Positions 52,593 to 64,000 of a stretch of 64,000 nt of DNA are shown piece after piece (within the stretch, counting starts at the first letter, position 1; every line of letters begins with the position of its first letter). A program made the translations under genes and the position numbers. The stretch covers positions 496,001 through 560,000 of the forward strand of contig JAPEUD010000003.1 of the NCBI GenBank assembly GCA_026026165.1, read 5' to 3'. The notes below the pieces were generated by a model, which was not told where the DNA came from, made no database searches, and was given only the letters and a program-made list of their open reading frames with translations. The stretch is from Sarea resinae (Eukaryota).

Positions 52593-54565
52593 ATGACTCT
52601 CGACGCTGAAGACGAAGCGCCTCCTTTGCTGGTGACCGGAGATGGCGACGCTCCTCCGTCAAGCCAGCCAAGTGCGCTGGATACTCAGATGGATGATCTG
52701 AGCCTGATCAAGGTCCCCATTACTATTGTCACTGGTGTGTATAACTTTTATCTCCTATGATTTCTTTTTGCAAGTGTACGCTTTTGTTTCTGATGAGTTA
52801 ATACGCCCTCTCGCCCAAAATGCGTTTTATACTTCTGCTCGGCGTTCTTCGCATTGTGCAGCGTATTTTCTTTCTGTGCGTGTTTAAAGTATATCATTCT
52901 GTCGGCTCAAGGTTTGGATGTCATGCTTTATAAAGTTGTTTGGTCTAGCTTGAGATCTACGAGTTCAATATTCTAATGGATTATGTCTCTGACGCTCTTA
53001 GGCTACCTCGGTGCGGGCAAAACGACCCTCATGAATTACATCCTGCAAGAACAGCACGGCAAGAAAGTAGCTGTCATACTAAATGGCATGTAGATCCCCA
53101 GCTACGCATTACCCAGCCCAGCTAACATTGTCTCTCCAGAATTCGGTGACTGTGAGTAGTACCATTGTCCTTCGGGGCTGTCATCTCATTAGGATGCTGT
53201 AATGGCAAGGTACTAATCCAATACCATTCTAGCCGCGGATGTTGAAAAAGCCTTGACAGTCAACAAAGATGGGCAACAAGTGCAAGAATGGCTTGAGCTA
53301 GCCAACGGCTGCATTTGCTGTTCTGTCAAGTAAAGCTCCCTATTCCCACTCCAATAAATCCGCCTCATCCAATTCAAGTCCTAACATGGTATTTCAGAGA
53401 CTCCGGCGTCAACGCTATCGAATCTTTAATGGAGCGCAGCGGCACCTTTGACTATATTCTTCTTGAAACAACCGGCCTCGCAGATCCAGGCAATATCGCG
53501 CCTCTCTTCTGGGTCGACGAGGGACTTGGAAGCACAATCTACCTTGACGGCATCGTCACTCTCGTAGACTCGAAAAACATTCTCAGAAGCCTGGACAGTT
53601 CACCCTCCACCAAACCCGAAAGCGAAAATGAGGCATCAAACCCGAAGCCAACAACAGCACATCTCCAAATCTCCCACGCCGACGTGATCATTCTCAATAA
53701 ATCTGACCTTGTCTCCGGCCAAGAGCTGGAATCTATCAAAGCGCGTATACGATCCATCAACGGTCTGGCAAGGATCCACACTACGGCCTACGGACGAGTA
53801 CCCGAGCTCCAGGGCACACTACTAGATCTGCACGCGTACGACTCCGTAGAGTCGCTAGATGTCCCACCGCCATCCTCCGATGGCCATTTAGATCCTGTGA
53901 GTGTGTCCCGTTTCCCTCCCAAGTTTACGTCTTCCCCTCCATTTCTCTTTGCTTCGGCTAGAACAACAAGCCCAAGAAAAGGTTGCTAATGGATAAAGTC
54001 AATTACGACCTTGACGCTGCCATTGCCACCCCTGCAAAACTCTTCTCTTCCACGTTTAGAAGCCTGGCTCCGTTCTATTCTCTGGGAATCCGTTCTCCCT
54101 CTACCACCTACCCATCACACGACCTCTTCTTCATCATATCTCGAGCCAATTGCAGCCCAGATCGACCAACCATTCGAGATCCACAGACTCAAGGGCCTCG
54201 TGCACATTGTCCCTGATGACCAAAGCGACATTCTAGGGGAAGCCAAAGGCACGAAGATTAAGATCATACAAGCCGTGCGCGAGGTGTTTGAGATATTTGA
54301 TATAGATGAACGGAGGATAGCCAGCGCTGACCCTCCTGCTGCTTCACAATCCCGCTCCCATGCTCATGCACACGACCACGATCATGATCATGAACATGAA
54401 AATGGACATGACCACAACCACGAATACAGCAATGGAGCTACCGGAGAACCAGCAGCAGCAGCAATAAGAGGAGGCAAGATCGTCATCATAGGTCGCAACA
54501 TTGCCCAGCGGCCCTGGAAAGAGAGTCTGTGGTTTTCGCTACACGATGATGGGGTACATGAATAG
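52593..54565 (+). CDS. ZNG1: COG0523/CobW G3E zinc metallochaperone GTPase
   Basis: N-terminal EDEAPPLLV motif, [41 protein letters not shown], CobW_C (HRLKG, IQAVRE), His-rich tract; five introns. Confidence 0.9.
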
Positions 54566-54701
54566 ATATTCATGGGAGACGCAAACATTGAAGCTGCTCA
54601 GGGGTGATGGGTATATAAAATAGACTGGTCTGAACCTTCTTTGAGGAATGTTAATCATCTATAAAAAACACTGGCGATATGAAGGCCAAAGAAGGCCCTC
54701 T

Positions 54702-55433
54702 CTAATCACTTGCTCTATACCTCTTCCTATATTCATCCAATCGCCTAACGTCATCCTTATCCCCCACGCCCGTGAGTCCTTCGATAATCTCATCCAATGT
54801 CAAAATAGAAAGCACGGGTACACCATACTGTCTCCTCACTTCCCCAATTGCACTAGGTCTCGGCGCCCCATCATCGTCCGTTGTGCTGGGCATCTTCTCC
54901 TGCCGATCCAGAGCAACAACTATCCCAACCAATTGGCCGCCCTCCCTCTTAATTATGTCGATCGCCTCCCGGATTGCGGTGCCCGCTGTGATCACGTCAT
55001 CCACGATAAACACCTTCTTGCCTCGCAGAGGAGATCCCACGATATTGCCGCCCTCCCCGTGATCCTTCGCCTCCTTCCTATTGAAGCTGTAACTTAAGCT
55101 ACCGAACCTCTTCTCGTCCAGCGCGGCGAGCTCGGTCACGGTCGCCGTAGCCAGTGGAATGGCTTTGTAGGCCGGGCCGAAGATGACGTCGGGGGTGAGT
55201 TCTGGGGGCTGGGAAGAGAGGTGTCCGGCGAGGGTGTGTGCGAAAGCGACGCTGATGCTGTGGAGGAGATCGGCGCGGTGGAAGAGGCCCGCGTTAAAGA
55301 AGTAGGGGGATTGGCGGCCGGATTTCAGGGTGAAGGTGCCGAATTTGAGCACGGACGAGGTGAGACACGCGGAGAGGAATGAGGCCTTGTAGTCGGGGAG
55401 TGAGGAGGACGTGAGGGGGGTGGAGGACGCCAT
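54702..55433 (-). CDS. URA5: Orotate phosphoribosyltransferase
   Basis: [50 protein letters not shown]; intronless. Confidence 0.96.
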   Translation of the reverse strand: MASSTPLTSSSLPDYKASFLSACLTSSVLKFGTFTLKSGRQSPYFFNAGLFHRADLLHSISVAFAHTLAGHLSSQPPELTPDVIFGPAYKAIPLATATVTELAALDEKRFGSLSYSFNRKEAKDHGEGGNIVGSPLRGKKVFIVDDVITAGTAIREAIDIIKREGGQLVGIVVALDRQEKMPSTTDDDGAPRPSAIGEVRRQYGVPVLSILTLDEIIEGLTGVGDKDDVRRLDEYRKRYRASD

Positions 55434-56331
55434 TATGGCTGGTGCTGATGGACTTTTCGGCGACTTTGATATACCCTGCAACGGCTGGATGTGGATGATT
55501 GCGCGATAGTATCTTCCCCGCCTTGACTGTATTCACAGAATTGCTCGCGTCTCTACGAGCAGGAGGCAATGAAGATCATCTGAGTACTAAGTGATATGGC
55601 TGCGACCCCGTCGACTAGTACGACGCTCGTAACAATGTCTGGACGGTCGACTAAAATTCATCAAATGCACTGAGATTCCTGATTGATCTATCCGACTACG
55701 GAGGGGCAAGTGGATTTTTGACTTTGTACTTTGTACTTGGCGGGGCTCTTGGTGGGGTCGAAGCGACTGAATTTGTCTACGTCGTCGACTTGGAGAGACA
55801 TGTCTCTGAAGTACGGATACTGTGTGTCCAGCCTACCTCGAGGTGCGATCCCATGTATTAGTGAATCAGACTCGTATAATCGTAGATGTCTGTGGTGTTG
55901 CTGTCTGGCTGCAGCGATTCTGGACTCTGAGTAACTCATCACCTTCGCCCTTCTTACGCGGTGACAGCAGCATCCATATCGTAGCCGAAGCCCCCACTAC
56001 GACTAGAACACACTCGAGTACTGTACTACTGCACAAGTAGGTAGGTAGTCGACAGTCAACCAGACCGCAGATTCGCCTTCCCCAACTTCTCAATCCCTCA
56101 CCATCTATCCTCACCCATTGCCCACCCCTTCTTCTCCCAATCGAAGATCTGGGTTGCTTCTCTGCCGAATTAGCGGTGGTGGTGCATGTCGCGACAGCAG
56201 GCCGATCGCTGGGCTCGCGTTCGATACTTTGGATAGCAGCTCGAGGAGGGCGGAGGAGTTACTCGGGTCTGGTGTCTTTTGTTGGGAGGGATAGGGTCCA
56301 GGAAGTGCGTTGGATTGTCGACTCTTTCCAG

Positions 56332-56494
56332 GTGAGTGGTAGACACTCCAAGCCCAAGCCAAGCCCAAGTCCAAGCCCAAGCTCAAGATCTTATCGCTCT
56401 CGTGGGCGTTTGGCTACCGCGAACTATCCACGTCGTTTATTTGTTTTACTCCTCCGCCCAGCGCCATCGATGTCTCGCAACTGACAACAAGTAG
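56332..56494 (+). other. Probable 5'-UTR intron of MET13
   Basis: CAG|GTGAGT donor, CTGAC branch at 56481, TAG acceptor 24 nt before the ATG. Confidence 0.6.
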
Positions 56495-56518
56495 CTGCGT
56501 TGAGGAACTCTCGCCATA

Positions 56519-58531
56519 ATGCATATCAGTGAGAGGTTGAAGGAGACGGAGGCGGCGAAGAAGGTGACCTTCTCGTTCGAATTCTTCCCCCCTAAGACTG
56601 CCCAGGTTGGTCCGCCCTCCTGTCCTGCATAGACAGCTACTAATACATGTTTGTGAAGGGCGTACAAAATCTTTATGATCGCATGGACCGTATGCATAGT
56701 TTCGGACCTACATTTGTCGACGTCACCTGGGGTGCTGGCGGTCGTCTTTCCCATCTCACATGTGAGATGGTTAATGTCGCCCAATCGGTCTATGGCCTGG
56801 AAACATGTATGCATCTCACTTGCACGGACATGGAGAAATCCAAAATCGACGACGCGCTCAAGTCAGCATACAAGGCTGGCTGCACCAACATACTAGCGCT
56901 TCGTGGAGATCCTCCTAGAGACAAGGCGAAATGGGAAGCGAAAGAAGGGGGCTTCCAATATGCAAAGGATTTGATCAGATACATCAGGAAAACATATGGA
57001 AATCATTTTGATATTGGTGTTGCTGGATATCCCGAAGGCAGCGAAGACCAAGCAGATGTGGATCTACTTATAGACCATCTGAAAGAGAAGATAGATGCTG
57101 GCGGAACTTTTGTGGTCACTCAGATGTTCTACGATGCCGAAAACTTTGTCGAGTGGGTCAAAAAATGCCGCGCTAAAGGCATCGACGTTCCCATTATTCC
57201 AGGCATCATGCCCATCCATACGCATGCCGCATTTCTCAGGAGGGCGCAGTGGACAAAGTGTCGAATCCCGCCTCACTGGAACAAGGCTCTTGAGCCCGTC
57301 AAGAATGACGATGCCCAGGTAAGACGCGTTGGAAAGGGCTTGATTGCGGAGATGTGTCGCATTATGCTCGATGCTGGTATAATGCATTTGCACTTGTTAG
57401 TCACCCTCTCACTTGTTTTTCGCCTCGTGTCTAATTGATATCAGCTACACCATGAATCTTGCACAATCAACCCGCATGGTACTCGAGGAGCTAAATTTGC
57501 TTCCTCCCGAAGGGACACCTGTGAAGCAGCCGCTTCCCTGGCGACAATCCTTAGGCTTGAACCGCCGTGAAGAGAACGTTCGGCCAATTTTCTGGAGAAA
57601 TCGGAATGCTTCCTACGTCATGCGTACACAAGATTGGGACGAGTTTCCCAACGGCCGATGGGGAGATTCTAGATCACCAGCTTTCGGAGAACTCGACGCA
57701 TATGGCATTGGTCTTAAGGGTTCGAATGAGCAAAACATCAAACGCTGGGGCCAGCCGCAGACCGTGAGAGACATTGCCGGGATCTTTGTGGATTATCTCG
57801 AGAAACGACTGGACTGCTTGCCATGGAGCGAGGCGCCTATAACCAGCGAAGCGGACCCTTTGATTCTGGATTTGATTGACCTGAATAAGAGAGGTTTCCT
57901 GACTATCAATTCGCAGCCAGCTGTGGACGGCGTCAAATCGTCGGATCCTGTTCACGGATGGGGCCCACAAAATGGCTACGTCTACCAGAAGTCATACCTC
58001 GAGCTTTTCGTGGCCCCCGAGCTCCTGGAAGAACTAATTTTACGCATTGAGAGCAATCCCGAATTGACGTATTACGCGACAAACATCTCGGGCGACCTGA
58101 GGTCGAACAATCCAGAAGGACCGAATGCAGTCACTTGGGGCGTTTTCCCGGGAAAGGAGATCATACAACCGACCATTGTGGAGGCGATCAGCTTCCTGGC
58201 CTGGAAGGATGAGGCTTTTAGACTGGGCCAAGACTGGGCCCGCTGCCATCCCGTGTCGACACCAAGTCGTCACTTGATTGAGAACATGATGGACACATGG
58301 TATCTTGTAAACATTGTACACAATGACTTCCGACAGTCCCGTGGCATCTTTCCACTCTTCGACGGACTGCAGCTGGAGAGCATCGATCAGCCTTTCAATG
58401 TTGATCGAGTGGTCCCCGACAATCCAGTCTCAGGTGCACAATCGACGACGCCGACCGATGATCCCCCTACGGGCCAAGGAGCGGCGGTCAATGACGATAG
58501 CGCATGGGTGCGGTGTGCCAACCCCAATTAG
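56519..58531 (+). CDS. MET13: Methylenetetrahydrofolate reductase
   Basis: FSFEFFPPKTAQG, DVTWGAGG, CMHLTCT, LALRGDPP, VAGYPEG, TQMFYD, WDEFPNGRWGDSRSPAFG, NAVTWGVFP; introns 56606-56658 and ~57395-57444. Confidence 0.96.
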
Positions 58532-61500
58532 CTTCAGGGTCTCCATAATTTTCCCGACAGCACGGACGTAATCTCCGACCTGGGGTGATTGATGTTTCCA
58601 ATATTTCAACATAACGAGGCGTTTTTATTCCACAACGAAAGGGAGCGGAAAAACCATTCAACGGTTTATGATATTTTACCTTTTCCTTTCTAAGTTTCCG
58701 CGGGCACATTTCAAGAAAAGAGGAGAGATTTTGTTCAACAGTAGGACAGAAAAGTGTTGCATTTCGGGCGTCATATCAACTAGACGAGCTTCTACGACGA
58801 CACGAGTGATGATGAGGAACATGGATACGGACGGGCTTGGTCTGTGTGCATGCATGCGTGCAGGTGGGCCGGCAGGCGGGTGTGCAGGTTGCATAAAGAA
58901 GGCTTCGAGAAAATTCTGGAAACACCCTCAACGGTGTGTCGGTGTGTGTATGGTGTGGGTGGTGTGTGCTCGACTGTGTGTAACCGTTCTTTTCTTTTTC
59001 TCGCCCTGGGGGTCATCGTCAGTGGTTGGTGGTGGTCGGTCAGTGGGGTGTCTCTGTAACTGCCTGTCTCTCTCTCTCTCCCCCCGCCCTCTCGTCTCCT
59101 CTACTCTCCTCTACATACCATACTACCCATACAAGCCCCAGGCTCTCCAGCCCTGAGAAGAATAAAAAGAATACAGAAAATGCTTTTTTTTTCTCACATC
59201 TGCCATGTTGTTGGCTTTCTTTAGCGCTATTAGGTTGACAACATCATCTCTCTAACAGGCTAGCAGGCCTGATAGATCCATCATGTATAAGGTAGAGAAG
59301 AGGTACGAAGGAAGGTTGAGTAAGGTACCCAATCACACCTCTACTACTTAGGTTGGCATGCCTAAGGTGCCTACGGTACCTACCTCTTACACACCTCAGT
59401 AACCCAGCTACCTACCTTACCTAGCTAGGTACCTACTAAAGGTCGATTCATGCGGACTCGAGGTAAGATATTGCGATGTACTCCGGACTACGAGGTAAGT
59501 GTCCAATATCGAAGTACCTTAGGTAGTCTTCCTACCTTATATGTTTGTATATCAGTATATAGTGAATAACACGTACGCAGTACAGGTAGAGAGAGAGACA
59601 GAAAGAGAGACAGGAAGAGAGAAAGAGAAAAGACAGACAGTACTACGTCGTGAGTAGGTATGAGTGAGGAGGAGTGCAAAGGTGAGGTGAGGTGAGCCAC
59701 CCCCATGCTATGCCATGTCTACCTTACCGATTCTATGAAGTACGCAATACGGAGTATTCGTACTTTACTACTACGAGTACGGAGTACACCACGCCAGTCC
59801 CCCATCCCCATCCCCCCATCCCCCCATCCCTATCCCCCAGTCCTAGTGCCCCATGCCCCATGGCCCCAGTCCCGTATGTAGGAGTACTCATAGTAGGAGT
59901 AACAATATACCTTACCTTGAGCCGCCGACCGCCAGCCAAGCCAGCCAACCGACTGACCGAGGAACTAACCAGGTAAACAATCCACCAGCGCGACCTACTG
60001 CGCAGTATGTACTCCGGAGTAGGGGAGTAGGCGAATAGGTGAGTATATACCTACAGTAGGCAACCAATCCTTGACCTTGGCCAAAACCTAAGAAGTAGTA
60101 GTAGGAGTACTTGGCGAAGCCACCAGGACAGCTGCAATCCCTCGACTTAACGCTCGACTCGACTCGACTCGACTCCGGACTCTCATACCTCCACTATTAC
60201 TATTACTACTCCATACAACTCACTCCGGAGTACTCCGACTTACAGAGTACCTACGTTACCTACTGCGGGACACCCGTAGCAGCTAGCCCAGCTAGCTACC
60301 TTAGCCAGCCAGGCCGCCGCCTGCATGTCTCAGATGCTCTCCAGTGCTCAGATGGCATCCAGGATCCATGCATGGCCGAGAAAAGTGGCTTGCTCTTTTT
60401 GCCGAGAGGAAGGAAAGGGAAAAACATTCCACGCATCGTTCCATGCGTTCTAGCGTCCGTCTGCACGCATCCAGTCCCTAGCCTTGCCTTACCCTTGAAT
60501 ATTCACTCCTCCGAGTAGGTTACCTACCTTAGGTAGCCTTCTAATGGACTCTGACTTACCTACCGGATGGATGTAAAAGGCTAAGGTGCCCACCGATGTA
60601 CGAAGTACTCCGGAGTACTTCGTACCTCACTCGATCTCACACACACGCGGCGGCCTAGATGTACTGCGCAGTAGTGGGGGCCATTGGCGTTTTTGGCATG
60701 TATGCAGTATTGATATTTATGAGGAGGGAGTCTTGGTCTCGTCCCTTATTGCCGGGCGGATACTGGTAGAGTATACTTCATACGCAGTAAAGAAGTAGTT
60801 AGGCACCGTAGGTGAGGTCCACCGGTACCGACACGCTTAGAAAGGTGGCCCGTCGGCTGTCCCATGGTACGAGGCGGAAAATGGCTCAGAGATATGAGAG
60901 AATCCATGGATAGGGAGCTTTGGTGGCTTCGGAGGCGCGCGGGCGGGTAGGGTAAGGTACTTTAAGGTACCTAGGGTCCAGCAGGCGTAAGAGGTAGGCA
61001 TACCACAGGTTGCCTCCAGCTCCATACTAGGGTACGAAGTATACCTGACCTACGAGTATGGAGTACCGGGGGAGCCCGAGGGGATTCGGATGAGGCCCAT
61101 GGACTCGAGGCTGAGCGCCCGGTGCGCTACGGATACTGTATTCGTAGAGTTGGTAAGGTTACTTCTAGTCCTCTGGTTCAGGGTCAGCCATAATGACCAT
61201 GGAATTTGACGGTTGACAGTTGACAGTCCAACGGTTGATGGTCGTGATCTCGTGCTCGCTCGGTCCTCTTCTATGAGCTGATTTGGGGCGTTGGCGTTGT
61301 CGTAGGCTGTCATACGGCGGGCTGGCTGTCGCTTACTGCGGCACTTTACCTAACCTCCTCAAGGTAGGTACCGAGTACCATCCAGTGTCCTAGAATGGGT
61401 ACGTGAAAGCCTCCAGGGCTGTGTTATGGAGGGAGGATTATAGACGGGATCGGAAATCCTCAGGTATCCTCACTGTTGGGGTCTGTCGTGAGATCCTGAC

Positions 61501-64000
61501 TCGTGATGATGCTCAACACGAACGGCAAGGTAGGATAGGCAAGTAATGGAGAGCATTCCATTGTTCTCTTTCTCCGGCTTCTCCTGACACGAGGCGAGTC
61601 GAGTACGTCCTCTGAGATTATTCAGATATGTGAGAGTGGACTTTCCGAACAGGATCGAGGCGAATAATATTGGAGATGTGCAAAGTTTTCATTGTCCTGA
61701 AGGATCAGGTTTGGCTTACTTAGTTCTATCGAGTAATCACTGAGGCGTAAAATATATGTCAGATAGGATATGCGCATCTGAAGATGAAGAGGGTAGATCT
61801 CGGCATACGTATGAAGTAAGTACCTGTCCAATCCAGCGACTTGCATATCTGGGCTCGCCGCCGCGCCGCCTCCAGCTGCCAGACCCTAAAATCTTCCATG
61901 TATGGACCTATCAGACTCGACCTCCCATGGTAGAATGCCGGCTCGCTCCAGACGGACACCAACGGGGCTAGGCAAAGTCAAAAGAGTTTGGTTGTGAGAT
62001 GGGGAGAGACACAGTAGTGGAGACTACTCTACTACTTTACGGCACGGCCCTCATTTAGGCTCTGCCTGAGTCCTCGCCCCCCAAAAACCTCTTTCCTTGG
62101 GCCTTTGCTTTTTGGAATCAATCAATTAAGCACTCTGCTGACTTGCGTAGGTCGGCCGGTGCACGTACCAATGCAAGCGATTTATTGCGTGTTAATATTG
62201 ATAGGATGAGAAGAAGGGAAATTGAAGGCGGCGACTGGAGTAGGTTAGTAAGGTCGGGTACTTGAAGATACCAATATTGGCGCGAGCCCAGTCGTTCAAG
62301 GGTGGTCCTTGGCTGGCGAGGACGGGAGAGAGAGCCTGTGGTCAGTGAGAGACGAGACCAGACGAACGCAATGGTAAGGCTGCCAAAAGCCTCCGCTCAT
62401 CCTTCAAGCTCTGCCCCTGTGAGATTACTTTGCGCGCATAGGCCGCCACTATGGTTGAATTTTTATTGGATTAAGGCTTTTTCTCTCTCTTCCGTGCATG
62501 AAGGCTAAGGTACGATAGAATACAGGCACGAAGCCAATGGATGCTCGATAGAAACTATGGAAACTCAAAGTGGGGGGTTGGTGGGGTGCCTCAGCTGAGG
62601 TGAGCGCGTTCCGAAGTCGGAAATATCAGTTGAAGAGATTTCGAGAGATTGCAAAGGCTGAAGCAGGCATCATTGCTGTTCGTGTGCGCGATGCCAAGTA
62701 TGAGGCTTGAAGAGATCTTGAGGAGAGGCTGATTGGAGAAGAAGGGGGGTGGGACACAGGAGATACAGGAGATGACGATGATTAGAAATTGCGTGCTCGA
62801 GACGAAGAGGAGAATAGCGCCGTCAGCCATCATCAAACTTTTTCGTTTAGCAGTAGCAGCAGCATCAGGTAGGTAGCCAATGCTGTCAACCAAGGCGAGC
62901 CCAATGATGAAGTCGAAGCCAAAAGTCAGGTATCGTCAGAGTATCTTGAACTCAAATCCTATTTTGTCCGCTTTGCAGCTTAGTGGAGTCAACTAGAGCG
63001 CGGCTGCAGTACCGAGTTTAACCTGTTCCTACCTCCTCTTTGCCTCTCCCTGGTCGTTGATGTTCCGGGTCCTGGTCGATTGCTTGCGTGCCTTGTCTTG
63101 CTTTTTCCTCTTCGCCTTGTCTCTCTGACTACTACGATGCATGATGCTCAGGTAGAGCATGTTCATTTGCTCATCGATCTGCATCGTGGATTGATCAATG
63201 CTTCATGAGGAACAGAGTTGACCGATGTTCAATGGATGCTCCTGACCTGCAGGGGAGATATTGGTACAGTAGACACAACACTCTACGGAGTAGTACCCGA
63301 AGTGCTTCATTCAGTTCCTACGTGCCTACCTCCCTACCTACATTGCATGATACATCGATATCTGCAATCTGACGATTCGAGATGCTGTTCCGTACTTAGT
63401 TCGTACTCCGTACTTCGTACATCCTCCTGCGTACATCCTACTGCGTACACGATCCCCTCCCCTCCATTCCCCTCGTCCCATCTCGTCTCGTTCGTCTTCC
63501 ACTCCACCCCCCCGTCTCATCCCTACCATGTTCGCTCGACCTTACCTCTTCCCTCTGCGACCTTTCCTACCTGGGCGGCTAGAGCATGTAGGTGACCCGA
63601 GGTCGCCGTGCCCTCATTCACTCTCCCTAGTGATGCCCGTAGTTCTCTCCCCATATTCTCTGTTCCTACGTTACCCTCTCCAGTGCTCTTCTCTGTGGCC
63701 TGCCAAATCCCCTACAATACATAACCTTCGGCTCTCCCTCTCCCCCCCACCCCACGCGGCGTGGGACAAACCGTCAGCTTCTCCACACTTTGTGTTCACT
63801 GCACGTTTGCGACACCACTGGGATCTCCATTTGACTGACGCCCACTGACGCCTGAGACCTGTCACGATTGTCGTACGCATTTCGCCATACCATATACTCG
63901 GGCTCGTTTCTGGTCGGTCTTTTGTCTTGCCTGCAATAAACGGTAGTGGTTGCGGAGAGCCACCGACGCGCTTCTGCCTCCGGCATATTTCGCATCACGC

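Noticed and set aside
52790..52830. CTGATGAG resembling a hammerhead core (also at 4639)
   Set aside because: No stem II followed by GAAA and no closing helices
62591..62893. 100-aa hydrophobic ORF and neighbouring short ORFs to the window end
   Set aside because: Non-ATG start, no recognisable family, no convincing exon chain
1..64000. Transposons, RIP-degraded repeats, CRISPR arrays, rRNA, telomerase RNA template
   Set aside because: No transposase/RT ORFs, TIRs or LTRs, spacer-repeat arrays, rRNA motifs or CTAACCCTAA template seen; the repeats are simple microsatellites

Overview
Intron-rich euchromatin of a filamentous ascomycete (Pezizomycotina-type GT-AG introns with CTRAC branch sites). 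It holds 18 recognisable protein genes: ARG2/NAGS, GVP36, a secreted But2-domain protein, an Arg/Glu-rich conserved protein, MRPL4, NOT2, ARV1, OLE1, a UapA/UapC purine permease, CUE1, ACB1, a MOSC protein, RAD55, creA, TDP1, ZNG1/CobW, URA5 and MET13. There is also one intron-containing tRNA-Ile(AAT) and many microsatellites. I found no transposon, CRISPR array or secondary-metabolite cluster. The most unusual signals are non-coding and surround creA. About 1.5 kb upstream of its AUG has no sense-strand ATG at all, and the proximal 270 codons of that stretch are stop-free and in frame with CreA, with near-cognate starts. Eleven same-orientation CreA-type sites are packed into ~200 bp downstream of creA, in front of a candidate unannotated spliced micro-ORF/lncRNA. 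ZNG1 also has an odd architecture: a GC-AG intron, a 12-nt microexon, a long self-complementary first intron and an overlapping uORF. All gene models were spliced by eye and family names come from motif recognition, not database searches.
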